Source: Desulfarculales bacterium UBA696 (lineage in GTDB: Bacteria; Desulfobacterota; Syntrophobacteria; Syntrophobacterales; Syntrophobacteraceae). From it: a stretch of 64,000 nucleotides of DNA. Of the stretch, positions 9,702 to 20,359 are shown one piece after another; position 1 is the first letter of the stretch, and each line of letters begins with the position of its first letter. The stretch is taken from positions 12,567 to 76,566 of the forward strand of contig DBMO01000046.1 in the NCBI GenBank assembly GCA_002298995.1, given 5' to 3'. Below the pieces are notes generated by a model. It searched no databases. It saw only the letters and a program-made list of their open reading frames with translations, and was not told where the DNA came from. A program made the translations under genes and the position numbers.

Positions 9702-9967
9702 TTGTGCTTTTTTCCGAGTAGCGGGTCCTTGGCATTGATTTCATTATAGAGCCGAATCTGTTCGCTAAAGCTCATTTTTTTCGAACAAATAGTCTGCGAT
9801 TCCCTTTCCTTCCGGCAGGAACTGCACCGGGCATCGCTGCAGATCTGGCAAAATCGGCAATCGGGACATGAATGCTTCCTGGGAAGCTCCCGCCCGGCAT
9901 CTTTTCCCTCCGGACTTAAGTCGCCGCATCTTGGGAAATTTTTGTGCTCATTTTCCCCGTTTTCCAT
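9698..9967 (-). CDS. Small Cys-rich protein (89 aa), function unknown
   Basis: AAGGAG lies 7 nt upstream of the ATG at 9967. The stop overlaps the L,D-transpeptidase start (ATGA). Cys cluster CPDCRFCQICSDARCSSC. No family recognised. Confidence 0.5.
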   Translation of the reverse strand: MENGENEHKNFPRCGDLSPEGKDAGRELPRKHSCPDCRFCQICSDARCSSCRKERESQTICSKKMSFSEQIRLYNEINAKDPLLGKKHK

Positions 9968-10170
9968 TCCGGTGCTCCTTGAGACCTGCTTGCCTTGGCG
10001 CGAAAGCGCCGCACGGGCCGCCAAACGCCCGAATTCGAGCAGGTTTTAAACAGATTGTAAGGACATCGGAATGATTCGCCAACATCAATCGAAGGAAAAG
10101 CACTTCTCTATACAATAAATCCGTGCTATTTGCAAATCTTACCCCTAAACCTGCGAATTGAGAGGGAGTT

Positions 10171-10644
10171 TTGGACAGTGACAGCTTTTATATGGGCCTG
10201 GCGCTAGAGGAGGCACAGAGGGCATTGGAGGTCGAGGAGGTGCCCGTCGGGGCCGTACTGGTGGACTCGGCCGGGCAGGTCATTGCAAGGGCGCACAACC
10301 GACCGGTTTCGCAGAGCGATCCTACCGCACACGCCGAAATTCTCGCCCTCCGGGCGGCCTCCGCGCTGCTCCAGAACTACAGGTTGCCGGGGACCGTCCT
10401 CTACGTTACCCTGGAACCATGCGTGATGTGCCTGGGCGCTATGCTAAATGCAAGAATAAAAAGGCTCGTATTCGGCGCCGCGGATCCCAAATCGGGTTCG
10501 ACCGGCAGTGTTGTTGATCTCACCAAGATATCAGCTTTCAATCACAGAATCGAGGTCCGCGGGGCCGTCCGGGCTGACGAATCCGCCCGGATGCTGAAAA
10601 GATTTTTCCGTGAGCGCCGCACCTGTAAGACTCAAGGTCTTTAG
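10171..10644 (+). CDS. tadA: tRNA-specific adenosine deaminase
   Basis: Deaminase motifs HAEILALR and PCVMCLGA, size ~157 aa, GAGGGAG RBS before a TTG start. Confidence 0.9.
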   Translation: MDSDSFYMGLALEEAQRALEVEEVPVGAVLVDSAGQVIARAHNRPVSQSDPTAHAEILALRAASALLQNYRLPGTVLYVTLEPCVMCLGAMLNARIKRLVFGAADPKSGSTGSVVDLTKISAFNHRIEVRGAVRADESARMLKRFFRERRTCKTQGL

Positions 10645-10703
10645 GCCGGACCTGGAAAGCAATGAGGTGCAAACCGCCTCAAAGCGAGCGAGGAGAGTGG
10701 TTT

Positions 10704-11396
10704 ATGGAAGTGAACAGAGACCAATGGATGTCCTCGGGTATAGGCAATCTCGAGATTGTGGACCGGGCTGATTGGCTGATTGAAATAGATGGAGTGGCAG
10801 GCTACCTCCTTCTGGAAGATATTTTTACTCTGATCGGTTTACTGGAAGGTATGCCGCCGAAGGCAAAAATACTGGAGGTCGGCAGTTTCATGGGGCTTTC
10901 CGCGTTGTTGTTCGCCAAAGCTTTTTATGCATCTCAAAATTACAGTGCCAAAATCTATTGTGTGGATATTTGGGGAGATTGGGACGTGCACTACGACCAT
11001 CCGCTTATGAAAATCATTTCGGACGGGAGAATATACGAGAAATTTATGGATAATATCAGCAAGTCCGGTTTGGGAAATTTCATTTTCCCTATCCGAAAAG
11101 AGAGCGTTGAGGCATCTCGAGATTTTCCCGACCAGAATTTCGATATGATCTTCATAGATGGAGATCATACCGAAGAGGGTGCACTTCGCGACATCGAGGC
11201 ATGGCACCCAAAGTTAAAGTCAGGCGGGCTCCTGATTGGTCACGATTTTTTTCAGAACGGAGTTCAGATGGCTGTTCGAAGATACACAAAGGACAAGGAC
11301 CTGGGCTGCATACTCTTTGGGGTGGGCTCCGTATTTATGCTGGTCCCGAGAAAAAATGTTTTAAACGGCTTGAAATCCCTTTGTTCTCATCAGTAA
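10704..11396 (+). CDS. Class I SAM-dependent methyltransferase (Methyltransf_24-like)
   Basis: ILEVGSFMGLSALLFA (SAM-binding loop) and MIFIDGDH...LLIGHD. Start chosen at MEVNRD after GAGGAG; the ORF is open from 10662. Noticeably lower GC. Confidence 0.7.
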   Translation: MEVNRDQWMSSGIGNLEIVDRADWLIEIDGVAGYLLLEDIFTLIGLLEGMPPKAKILEVGSFMGLSALLFAKAFYASQNYSAKIYCVDIWGDWDVHYDHPLMKIISDGRIYEKFMDNISKSGLGNFIFPIRKESVEASRDFPDQNFDMIFIDGDHTEEGALRDIEAWHPKLKSGGLLIGHDFFQNGVQMAVRRYTKDKDLGCILFGVGSVFMLVPRKNVLNGLKSLCSHQ

Positions 11397-11648
11397 GAGT
11401 CTTAAATCCTTGGCGGCCTGCTCTGCTGAGAATGCTTTCTTCCTTGCCCCGGCCCCTCAATCTTCCCGTGGACCCCCTCCCGGGAACTCTTCATGTGAGT
11501 GCACTACCGCTATCCATCGAATGATCCGATTGGGCTGTTCGATTTAAATCGTTTGACTAGATATTATCCTGCCTGTATCCACTTTATTCGATGTCATCCC
11601 TTATGCTAACTATCCAGACGATTGACCATACAATATTGGAGGCAGCGA

Positions 11649-12392
11649 ATGGGTGCCGTTAAATTGACCTTCCTGGGTTGCGGAGATGCGTTTGGCAGTG
11701 GTGGGAGGTTTCAAAGCTGCATATTCGGAAAATCCGGAAACGCCAACTTTTTGATCGACTGCGGCGCATCATCGCTGATCGCCATCCGGCAAAATTCGAT
11801 CATCCACGATGATATCGAGGCCATTTTGGTGACCAATTTTCACGGCGATCATTTCGGAGGTCTGCCTTACTTCCTCGTGGATGCCCAATTAAACAAAAAG
11901 AGGACCCGCGACCTTACTATCGCGGGACCACCCGGCCTGGGAAGAAAGTTGACCGAAGTAATGGAAGGGACTTTTCCCCGTTCTTCAGTCGTAAAGATGC
12001 GATTTGCTCTGAATATTGAAGAACTGCAGCCCGGAGCCGGCCTTTCCATCGGAAATCTGCGCGTAACGGCTTTCCCTGCGGCTCATCCTCCGCAAGATCC
12101 GCATATCCATTTAAGAATCGAGTGCGGAGGGAAGGTAATAGTCTATTCCGGCGACACCGAGTGGACAGAGGCGCTCGAAAGGATGTGCGCAGACGCCGAC
12201 CTGTTCATCGCCGAGTCCTACTTCTTTGATAAGCAAATCAGGTATCACCTCGATTATGTGACACTATCGCAAAAGATAAGGAAGATCGGTGCAGATCGAG
12301 TCGTGGTAATGCACATGAGCGAAGAGATGTTGGCAAGGACAAGCAAATCGATATTTGAATGCGCCACCGATGGAATGTTGATCGAAATCTAA
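11649..12392 (+). CDS. MBL-fold metallo-hydrolase
   Basis: HGDHFGG metal motif, LTFLGCGDAFGSGGR N-terminus, TGGAGG RBS 6 nt before the ATG at 11649. Confidence 0.75.
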   Translation: MGAVKLTFLGCGDAFGSGGRFQSCIFGKSGNANFLIDCGASSLIAIRQNSIIHDDIEAILVTNFHGDHFGGLPYFLVDAQLNKKRTRDLTIAGPPGLGRKLTEVMEGTFPRSSVVKMRFALNIEELQPGAGLSIGNLRVTAFPAAHPPQDPHIHLRIECGGKVIVYSGDTEWTEALERMCADADLFIAESYFFDKQIRYHLDYVTLSQKIRKIGADRVVVMHMSEEMLARTSKSIFECATDGMLIEI

Positions 12393-12413
12393 AAATAGAG
12401 AGGAGAAGATTAC

Positions 12414-13571
12414 ATGCGCCTGGACCTGACTCGAACTCAAAAAAAGATACAGGACACCGCCCGTAAATTTGCAGCCGCCGAACTTGCACCGGTCGCTGCC
12501 GCCCTGGATGCCGGGGGAGAGCGCGACATCTTCTTGAAAAATCTCAGATGCATGGCTCAACTCGGCCTCATGGGGATAAACGTCAGCAGCTGCTACGGGG
12601 GGTCGGAGGCCGGGGTTGTTGCCTTCAGCGTCGCGGTAACTGAAATCGCAAGGGCGTGTGCATCCACCGCTTTGACGATGTCCCTGAACAACATGGTCTG
12701 CGAGGTGATTCAAGCCGTTGGCTCCGAGGATCAGAAAAAAAAATACATCCCGAAGATTTGCTCGGGAGAATATCATGCGGCGGGTTTCGGGCTGACCGAG
12801 CCGGAAGCGGGTTCGGACCCGGCCGGTATGTGCTGTCGCGCGGTTCAAGACGGAAAGGAGTGGGTTTTAAACGGCAGCAAAGCCTTTATCAGCAGTGGGG
12901 ACTACGCAGGGTTTTTTGTAATTTGGGCCCTCACCGACCCATCCGCCAGGAAGGGACGGGGCATCAGTACTTTTCTGGTGGAAAACGGCTTAAATGGTTT
13001 TTCCATCGGGAAAGGGGAAGCAAAAATGGGGCAGAATGCATCTTCCACCAACACTCTCATCTTCAATGATTGCAAAATTCCGGCCTCCGCGCTGATGGGC
13101 AAACTAAACGAGGGATACCGTACAGCAGTGGGAGAATTGGCGGGAGGGCGCATTGGGATAGGTTCATTGGCCCTGGGTATCGGCCTTGCGGCAATCGATT
13201 TTGCGACAAAATACGCATTGGCGAGAAAACAGTTCGATCAGCCGTTGACCAACTTCCAGGCGATCCAGTGGATGATCGCTGAATCCTATACCGAATTGGA
13301 AGCATCCAGACTTCTTCTTATGAACGCGGCCTGCTGCAAGGAAGAGGGCCGGCCCTTCGCCAGGCAAGCCTCCATGGCTAAATACTTCGCGACCGAAGCA
13401 GCGGAAAAGGCCTGCCATAACGCGCTCCAGATGCTTGGCGGGTACGGCTACATGAAAGAATTCCCCCTGGAGCGATACGCAAGGGACGTTCGAGTCACTT
13501 CAATTTACGAGGGAACAAACCAAATTCAAAGACTGGTCATAGCCAAAGACATACTGTGTGCCGCAGCCTGA
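12414..13571 (+). CDS. Acyl-CoA dehydrogenase (short/branched-chain type)
   Basis: 385 aa with typical ACAD segments: GLTEPEAGSD, NGSKAFIS, ERYARDVRVTSIYEGTNQIQRLVIA. Confidence 0.9.
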   Translation: MRLDLTRTQKKIQDTARKFAAAELAPVAAALDAGGERDIFLKNLRCMAQLGLMGINVSSCYGGSEAGVVAFSVAVTEIARACASTALTMSLNNMVCEVIQAVGSEDQKKKYIPKICSGEYHAAGFGLTEPEAGSDPAGMCCRAVQDGKEWVLNGSKAFISSGDYAGFFVIWALTDPSARKGRGISTFLVENGLNGFSIGKGEAKMGQNASSTNTLIFNDCKIPASALMGKLNEGYRTAVGELAGGRIGIGSLALGIGLAAIDFATKYALARKQFDQPLTNFQAIQWMIAESYTELEASRLLLMNAACCKEEGRPFARQASMAKYFATEAAEKACHNALQMLGGYGYMKEFPLERYARDVRVTSIYEGTNQIQRLVIAKDILCAAA

Positions 13572-13591
13572 CCGTCTCCCGCTGAACAACA

Positions 13592-14482
13592 TCACGGCTG
13601 CTTGATGAGCTTCCTGGTCACGTCCATAAAAGCCCGGAGGGTTGGCGATATCCACCTGTCACGAAACCAGATCATGAGCACTGCAACCTCAATTGCTCCC
13701 TCGGACCAGGGCAGGATGACAAGTTTTCTTTGACGGACTTCCTCGGCTACCGCAATTTCCGGGAGAATGCTGATTCCGAAGCCCGCCATGACGCTGTGCT
13801 TTATAACCTCAACGCTGTTGAATTCGACCTTGTTGAATTTGTCAACTTCTTCATGTTTCAGAATTTGCTCGAAGGGTTTCCTATAGCTGCAATCCACCCT
13901 CGAAAGAAGTATCGTCTGGCGGGCAAGGTCGCGGGTATGGACACTCCTTTTCGCGCTGAGCGGGTGGTCGGGGCCGGCTACGAGGACCACGGATTCAAAC
14001 CCGAGGGTCTCCACCTCGAGATCCGGCGCGCTGATCCCTTCGGCGAGCAGAAAAGCTAAATCGGTTACGCCCTTGCGAAGGTCCTTGGCAAGCCCTTCGA
14101 GGGCGCATGTTATGAAATTAAGCTCAACGTTTGGAAACTTCGCGTGAAATGCCTTGAGAACCGCAGGCAGGCGGTGGACCCCAAATGATTCCGGAATTCT
14201 TACAGTGAGGGAACCTAACGGTTCCAGGTCCCCTGTGAGCGTCGACTGTGTTTCGTCAACCAGGTCCAATATCTTGTTTGCGTACTGAAGCAGCAGAGTG
14301 CCCGTCTCGGTCAACTGGATCCGTTTTCCCAGCCGGTCGAAAAGCTGCACGCCCAGGTCTTCTTCGAGGGCTTGGATCTGAGCCGAAATGCTCGATTGGG
14401 CGTAATTAAGCTTCACTGCCGCTTTATTGAAGCTCAGGAAATTTGCAACCGTTCTGAATGATTTTAATTGCCTGATTTCCAC
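13592..14482 (-). CDS. LysR-family transcriptional regulator
   Basis: N-terminal HTH MEIRQLKSFRTVANFLSFNKAAVKLNYAQSSISAQIQALEEDLG, plus a C-terminal substrate-binding domain of the right length (296 aa). Confidence 0.9.
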   Translation of the reverse strand: MEIRQLKSFRTVANFLSFNKAAVKLNYAQSSISAQIQALEEDLGVQLFDRLGKRIQLTETGTLLLQYANKILDLVDETQSTLTGDLEPLGSLTVRIPESFGVHRLPAVLKAFHAKFPNVELNFITCALEGLAKDLRKGVTDLAFLLAEGISAPDLEVETLGFESVVLVAGPDHPLSAKRSVHTRDLARQTILLSRVDCSYRKPFEQILKHEEVDKFNKVEFNSVEVIKHSVMAGFGISILPEIAVAEEVRQRKLVILPWSEGAIEVAVLMIWFRDRWISPTLRAFMDVTRKLIKQP

Positions 14483-14493
14483 TACCTTTTCCT

Positions 14494-14508
14494 ATCGGCT
14501 TTTTCGAT
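14494..14508. promoter_or_regulatory. Candidate LysR-type box (ATC-N9-GAT) in a divergent promoter region
   Basis: ATCGGCTTTTTCGAT palindrome lies 12 nt upstream of the LysR start, between the LysR gene and the YedF-like gene. Confidence 0.25.
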
Positions 14509-14674
14509 TGATACGACTTGAATAATTCGTTGGACTCGATACTAACGTTCTCATATTCTCATATTGCGATTTTAATGGGAAGACCCGTTATCATGAGCTT
14601 CGAAAAAATCCGTGTGCGGTAATTGGGCCTACTGGCGGTTTTCTCAAGAGAGTGTCTTATGCATGGAGGCTAAA

Positions 14675-15094
14675 ATGGCGCAGAACAAATTGAGCCAAGA
14701 AAAGATGGCGGGTAGTGCCGGGCTTGAGAGTTGTAGAAAAGTGGATGAGTCCCGGACCAGGATTTTCGTGATCCTGTCAAGTGATTGCGCGGGGAAAGGG
14801 GATGATGAACTCGGACGCGGAATCGTTGTCAATTTTATCAAGACACTCAGGGAAATGGGAGACGACCTATGGCGGCTCGCTCTTCTAAATGGCGGGGTCA
14901 AACTGGCAGTGGAAGGCTCCGAGGTTTTGCCCGAACTCCAGGAATTGGCACGGGAAGGGGTCAGTATACTAGTTTGCGGCCGCTGCCTCGAAACTTTCAA
15001 TTTGCTCGAGAAAAAAAGAGTAGGCGAAGTTACTAACATGCTCGATATCGTTACTTCGATGCAAGTCGCCGAAAAGGTAATCTCGATTACCTGA
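14675..15094 (+). CDS. DsrE/YedF-C-terminal-like protein (sulfur/selenium relay family)
   Basis: RIFVILSSDCAGKGDDELGRGIVVNFIKTL...ILVCGRCLETF resembles the DsrE-like C-terminal half of YedF. There is no TusA-like N-terminal domain. GGAGG lies 6 nt before the ATG at 14675. Confidence 0.55.
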   Translation: MAQNKLSQEKMAGSAGLESCRKVDESRTRIFVILSSDCAGKGDDELGRGIVVNFIKTLREMGDDLWRLALLNGGVKLAVEGSEVLPELQELAREGVSILVCGRCLETFNLLEKKRVGEVTNMLDIVTSMQVAEKVISIT

Positions 15095-15201
15095 TTAACC
15101 GCCGGGGAACAATGAAGAAAGATGGGTGGGGAGCCAACTCCCCGCTCACCCTTCCGCCAGGCGGCTCGGATGGCGGGGGAACCAGTTCCCACCTTACCCG
15201 A

Positions 15202-15384
15202 TTATCGGCGACCTTGTGCGACGGCTTTTCTTGCGGCGGCGCGCTTTTGTTCGACTTCTTCGTGAACGGGGCAGTTCGATATAGCTGACTGTTTTTCTTC
15301 CATCTCCTTCTTTGTCCTGAAAATCCAGGAACTCGAATCGGAATAACAATACAAAGCCAGTTCGCACTCTTTACACTGTTCCAT
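15202..15384 (-). CDS. Small Cys-containing protein (60 aa), function unknown
   Basis: MEQCKECELALYCYSD.... The ATG is 1 nt after the HNH stop (TAAaATG), with AAGGGG 6 nt upstream inside the HNH 3' end. Confidence 0.45.
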   Translation of the reverse strand: MEQCKECELALYCYSDSSSWIFRTKKEMEEKQSAISNCPVHEEVEQKRAAARKAVAQGRR

Positions 15385-15385
15385 T

Positions 15386-15745
15386 TTATTCCCCTTCGGG
15401 TGATTGCACGGGATCATCCATCCCGGTATTCGGCTCCTTTGCGGCGGATTGGAGATATTGGTCCCATTCCAGCGGCAGCAGGTACTTCTTCTTTGAATTG
15501 CAATCGCGGCACGCCGGGACAGTGTTGCCCTTCACCGACTTGCCGCCGCGAATAAGCGGGACCATGTGGTCCATGGTCAGCTCGGCGGGTGGAAAGCGCC
15601 TGCGGCAGTAGTGGCAAATGCCCTTTGCCGTCTGACGCTTCCACCACTGAGACTTGCGCAGTTCCCGCGCCTTATCTTTTTCTTTCCGGAGTTGCTCTGG
15701 CGGTACCGTAATTATGAAGCACACCTGCTGATCGTCCGCTTCCAT
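15386..15745 (-). CDS. Small stand-alone HNH endonuclease
   Basis: CHYCRRRFPPAELTMDHMVPLIRGG...NTVPACRDCNSKK is a CxxC...H...N...CxxC HNH zinc-finger fold. Confidence 0.8.
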   Translation of the reverse strand: MEADDQQVCFIITVPPEQLRKEKDKARELRKSQWWKRQTAKGICHYCRRRFPPAELTMDHMVPLIRGGKSVKGNTVPACRDCNSKKKYLLPLEWDQYLQSAAKEPNTGMDDPVQSPEGE

Positions 15746-15791
15746 GAGTTAGTACCGCCCATCCAATCGACCGGCACCGTTAGCCAAGCCC

Positions 15792-17231
15792 CTACTCTTC
15801 CTTGGAGGGCTTGATTACGATGTAGAAGGTATTGCCTCCGCGTTTGACAAGCAGCAACAGGGTATCTTCCTTTTTGATTTTCTGCAGCGCTTGCCTGTAT
15901 TCCCGAAGGTTATGGACCTTCTGGCGATTTACTTCCCTTATCACATCACCCGGACGCAGCCGTGCTTCGGAGGCCGCGGTGCCCGGCTTGATCTCGGTAA
16001 CTATAACGCCCGTCTCATTATCGTCCAAGCCGTATTTCTGGGCAAGTTCCGGGGAGACGTTCTGGGCTGTTATACCCCAGGCGCTCTCGCCTTTCTCGCC
16101 GCCTCTTTTCTTTTCGCCGGCTTCCTCGGGCATGGTCCCGATGGTCACCTTGATAGGCTGCGGTTTTCCGTCCCGGATAATATCCAGGGAGGCTGTTGAC
16201 TCCGGCCCAAGGGCAGCAACCAGTCGGGAGAGCATGTGAGCGTTTTCGATTGGCTTTCCGTTAAGGGACCTAACTATGTCACCCCTTTTGACTCCTGCCT
16301 TCTCGGCTGGGCTGTCCGGCATCACGTCGGCAACGATAACCCCGGTGGTTTCGGTAATTCCAAACGATTCGGCCAGATCGGGGGTAATATCCTGGATCAT
16401 TATCCCAAGCCATCCGCGCACCACTTTGCCGGTCTTTAACTGACCGAGAATTTCCTTGGCTATACTGATCGGAGTGGCAAAGCCGATACCCTGGCCCTGG
16501 GCGACGATAGCGGTATTGATTCCAACAACTTCGCCGTCCATATTGAAAAGCGGCCCGCCTGAATTTCCCGGATTGATCGCCGCGTCGGTTTGGAGAAAAT
16601 CGTCATAGGGGCCGGCGCCGATGATGCGGCCCTTGGCGCTGATTATTCCCGCGGTAACCGTATTGCCCAGTCCGAAGGGGTTACCGACCGCCATAACCCA
16701 GTCGCCGACCCTGATTGCATCGGAATTGCCCAGCTTGGCGGCCCTGGGCAGCTTGGCATCGATTGTGATCTTTACCAGGGCAATGTCGGTTTTGGGGTCA
16801 CGCCCCACCACCTTTGCATCGTATTCCTTGCCGGCTGCTGTTTTTATTTTGATCTCGGATGCTTTTTCAACGACGTGGTTATTGGTAAGGATTGTCCCAT
16901 CCTCGTCGATTATAAACCCGGAGCCCAGGGCGTGAGTCTTCATTTGCGACTGGGGATGATCGTTGAAAAACTTTTTGAAAAAATCGTCCCCGAAAAATTC
17001 ACGAAAAGGGGAATTAGGGCCCACGAAGGGCTGCATTGGATTTTCCTTCAGCACCTGCGTTGTCGATATATTAACAACGACATCCTTGACGCTTTCGGCA
17101 AGATCGGCAAAACCGGCAGGGCCGTGCGCAGCGGCGAAGGCGCTTGGAATCTGGATGGAACTGATCATCGACAAAATGGCAATCAAGCAAATGAGTCGAA
17201 TTGCCGAATTGTACTTATGAGGGGTTAGCAT
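15792..17231 (-). CDS. htrA: Periplasmic serine protease DegP/HtrA (two PDZ domains)
   Basis: Catalytic triad context TNNHV, DIALVK and GNSGGPL, followed by two PDZ-like regions. AAAGGAG RBS before MLTPHK. Confidence 0.9.
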   Translation of the reverse strand: MLTPHKYNSAIRLICLIAILSMISSIQIPSAFAAAHGPAGFADLAESVKDVVVNISTTQVLKENPMQPFVGPNSPFREFFGDDFFKKFFNDHPQSQMKTHALGSGFIIDEDGTILTNNHVVEKASEIKIKTAAGKEYDAKVVGRDPKTDIALVKITIDAKLPRAAKLGNSDAIRVGDWVMAVGNPFGLGNTVTAGIISAKGRIIGAGPYDDFLQTDAAINPGNSGGPLFNMDGEVVGINTAIVAQGQGIGFATPISIAKEILGQLKTGKVVRGWLGIMIQDITPDLAESFGITETTGVIVADVMPDSPAEKAGVKRGDIVRSLNGKPIENAHMLSRLVAALGPESTASLDIIRDGKPQPIKVTIGTMPEEAGEKKRGGEKGESAWGITAQNVSPELAQKYGLDDNETGVIVTEIKPGTAASEARLRPGDVIREVNRQKVHNLREYRQALQKIKKEDTLLLLVKRGGNTFYIVIKPSKEE

Positions 17232-17449
17232 GGAAACTCCTTTCTGAAGTTGCACCTAAGCCTTGAAAAGCTTGATAGTAAAGCCGGAGCCCGACCCCGT
17301 GTCAATAAAAAAGAGGGCGAGCGCGGGCCTGCGATTCATTCGAGTTGTTTTCCGCGCCGATCAAAAATGTTACGGTTAATCAAATCAACTTAAACCCGAT
17401 TGGATGATATTCAATATCCTAGGGAAAAATTCAAAGGACCGGCTTCACC

Positions 17450-17779
17450 ATGACAAAACTTAACCTCATCGAGGCATGTGACAAGGCGGCGTGTATCATT
17501 TCCCAGAACCGCGATATCGAAAAGCTCTATAACAAAGCTCTTCAGTGCCTAGGGGAGGGGCGGCTTAGAAGCGACATTATGAGCCGTGCGGCCGAGGCGA
17601 TCGAGGATGAGAGATTAGGCGATGAGGTCTTCGTCAGCAATGAGAGCATGGTGAGCTTTTTTTGCGGGGTATGGATACAGTTCCTGCTGGTCGAAGTTGC
17701 CGGAATAAAAAAAGAGAAGCTCACAATTATCTCCCAAAAGGCTTTCCCTCCCACACCCGAGAACAAGTCCATCCATTAG
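17450..17779 (+). CDS. Hypothetical protein
   Basis: 109-aa ORF with a weak RBS (AAAGGA) and no recognisable motif. Confidence 0.35.
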   Translation: MTKLNLIEACDKAACIISQNRDIEKLYNKALQCLGEGRLRSDIMSRAAEAIEDERLGDEVFVSNESMVSFFCGVWIQFLLVEVAGIKKEKLTIISQKAFPPTPENKSIH

Positions 17780-18273
17780 CGACTAGAAATGCACTCCGCC
17801 ACGGAGGTCAAACCGGATCGGCCATCGACACCGTCCCGCCTGCAAATTGCAACCGCTTTTTAGCTTGACAAATCGAGTGTGCTTACAGTAGCTTGACTGG
17901 CGCGTGGGAAGTCTCCGTATTCTATGGTCTTTTTGGCAGCCGTCAACCCTGTGGAAGGTTTTTGAGAAGGAATGTCAACCTAGTCCAAGCCCGATAATCC
18001 GCTCATCTTCGCTCCCTGCGTTCAGCTAATCACCCGACATATGCGGTCATGTTTCAAGTACCCTGATCGGAGCAACACGGAAAAGGCCCGCGCCAGAGAG
18101 ACCGTTCTGTTGATCCGGAAAGCCGGATTTATTTAACCGGAAACCTTTTTAGAAGAAATTTTATCGAACAGGTTGTTTTGCAGGCAGCCTTATTAAATCA
18201 ATAACACGGTTAAACCGGGCGGCTTACCCGTCTCCCGGGGCAGATTTCATCAAAACAATTTGAGGAGGACTAA

Positions 18274-20319
18274 ATGAATGCAAGTGTAATTGTTCTTTTT
18301 GCCCTCGCATGCGGCGCCCTTGGAGTCGTCTATGCGCTGGTTACCGCCTCATGGGTAAGCAAACAAAGTCCCGGTGACGAGAAGATGCAGGAAATCTCGG
18401 AGGCCATTCGTGAAGGCGCAACGGCATTCTTGAAAAGGGAATACAAGACGGTTGCCGTCGTGGCCGTCATATTGGCCGTTTTGCTCACTTACCTCGGAAT
18501 CTGGACGTCCGTCGGGTTCATTTTCGGCACCGTTGGTTCGGCCGTTGCCGGCTATATCGGAATGATGGTATCCGTTAAAGCCAACGTGCGCACCACCGAA
18601 GCGGCCAAACGCGGCCTCCAGGCCGCCCTCACGGTAGCCTTCAAGGGCGGTTCGGTTACAGGCATCATGGTGGTTGGCCTGGGGCTTCTGGGCATCACTG
18701 GATACTATATGATCGCCAGGGCCTATGCGCCGGTCGACGATGTTTTCCATGCGTTGGTTGGTCTTGGTTTCGGTTGCTCGCTGATGAGCGTTTTCGCCCG
18801 TATTGCCGGCGGCATTTACACCAAAGCGGCGGACGTCGGTGCGGACCTGGTGGGTAAAGTCGAGGCGGGAATCCCCGAAGACGACCCGAGAAACGCGGCG
18901 GTTATTGCCGATAACGTGGGTGACAATGTCGGCGACTGCGCCGGCATGGCGGCTGACCTCTACGAGACCTACACCGTTACGCTGGTTGCCGCAATGCTGC
19001 TGGCCAAGACGGTTTTCGGGGCCGACAGCGGCTGGGTCGAATTCCCGCTGCTGATCGGGGGCATCTCGATCATCGCGTCGATTATCGGCACCTATTTCGT
19101 TCGCCTGGGCAAGAGTGAATATATCATGGGCGCCCTTTATAAAGGCCTTGCGGTTTCAGGTATTCTGGCAGCAGCCGCATTTTATTTCGCTTCCAAGTGG
19201 TTTTTGGCTCAGACTGGCGTGGAGCAGGCGTTCACGCCGATGGGCGTGTTTACGATTTCCCTAATCGGTCTCGCGCTCACCGGCATAATCGTCATGATCA
19301 CCGAGTACTTCACCTCGAAGAGCTTCAACCCCGTTAAGCATATCGCCGCGGCGAGCGTAACCGGCCACGGCACCAACGTCATAGCCGGCCTGGCGGTAAG
19401 CATGAAATCAACAGCCGCCCCTGCCCTGGTTATCTGCGGCGCGATAATGTGGTCCTACCAGCTTGGAGGCGGATTTTCCGGCAACCCCGGAGGCGGTCTT
19501 TTCGCGATTGCCCTTTCCGCCGTTGCGATGCTTTCTATGACCGGCATCGTCGTTGCCATTGACTCTTACGGCCCGATTACGGATAACGCGGGCGGTATAG
19601 CCGAAATGGCGGAACTGCCCGAGAGCGTCCGAGCGATAACGGATCCGCTCGATGCGGTCGGCAACACCACCAAGGCCGTCACCAAGGGCTATGCCATCGG
19701 TTCGGCGGCTCTTGCCGCACTGGTGCTCTTTGCCGAATACTCCCGTTCCTTCCCCGGTCAGGTAACATTCGACCTGTCCAACCCGAAAGTCATAGTCGGC
19801 CTTTTCATCGGCGGTCTTCTGCCTTACTTGTTCGGCTCGCTGCTGATGGAAGCGGTCGGAAAGGCGGCCGGCGGCGTTGTCGAGGAAGTTCGCCGCCAGT
19901 TCCGTGAATTCCCGGGCATCATGGACTATACCCAGAAGCCCGAATACGGCAAGTGCGTCGATATCGTCACCAAATCCGCCATTAAAGAGATGATGCTTCC
20001 GGCCCTCATCCCGGTTGTGGCCCCCATCGCGGTCGGGTTCCTGATTGGCAAGGAAGCGCTTGGCGGCGTGCTGATCGGCTCGATTGTCACCGGTCTTTTC
20101 CAGGCCATCGCCATGACCAGCGGCGGCGGCGCATGGGATAACGCGAAGAAGTTCATCGAAGACGGCATGTACGGCGGTAAAGGTTCAGACGCTCACAAAT
20201 CGGCCGTAACAGGCGACACCGTGGGAGATCCGTACAAGGACACGGCCGGCCCCGCTATCAACCCGATGATCAAGGTTATCAATATCGTGGCCCTGCTGAT
20301 CGTGCCGCTGCTCAAGTAA
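18274..20319 (+). CDS. hppA: Membrane-bound proton-translocating pyrophosphatase, K+-independent type
   Basis: 681 aa and polytopic, with [14 protein letters not shown] and DNAGGIAEM motifs. [16 protein letters not shown] has the Lys/Thr pair typical of K+-independent enzymes. RBS GAGGAGG. Confidence 0.95.
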   Translation: MNASVIVLFALACGALGVVYALVTASWVSKQSPGDEKMQEISEAIREGATAFLKREYKTVAVVAVILAVLLTYLGIWTSVGFIFGTVGSAVAGYIGMMVSVKANVRTTEAAKRGLQAALTVAFKGGSVTGIMVVGLGLLGITGYYMIARAYAPVDDVFHALVGLGFGCSLMSVFARIAGGIYTKAADVGADLVGKVEAGIPEDDPRNAAVIADNVGDNVGDCAGMAADLYETYTVTLVAAMLLAKTVFGADSGWVEFPLLIGGISIIASIIGTYFVRLGKSEYIMGALYKGLAVSGILAAAAFYFASKWFLAQTGVEQAFTPMGVFTISLIGLALTGIIVMITEYFTSKSFNPVKHIAAASVTGHGTNVIAGLAVSMKSTAAPALVICGAIMWSYQLGGGFSGNPGGGLFAIALSAVAMLSMTGIVVAIDSYGPITDNAGGIAEMAELPESVRAITDPLDAVGNTTKAVTKGYAIGSAALAALVLFAEYSRSFPGQVTFDLSNPKVIVGLFIGGLLPYLFGSLLMEAVGKAAGGVVEEVRRQFREFPGIMDYTQKPEYGKCVDIVTKSAIKEMMLPALIPVVAPIAVGFLIGKEALGGVLIGSIVTGLFQAIAMTSGGGAWDNAKKFIEDGMYGGKGSDAHKSAVTGDTVGDPYKDTAGPAINPMIKVINIVALLIVPLLK

Positions 20320-20359
20320 GACAAAAACGCCCGCCCTCATGGCGGACCCTTACCGCAGC

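Noticed and set aside
18781-18810. Hammerhead-like CTGATGA motifs (also at 778 and 43876)
   Set aside because: All are inside well-supported coding regions and lack the paired stems and the GAAA core downstream.
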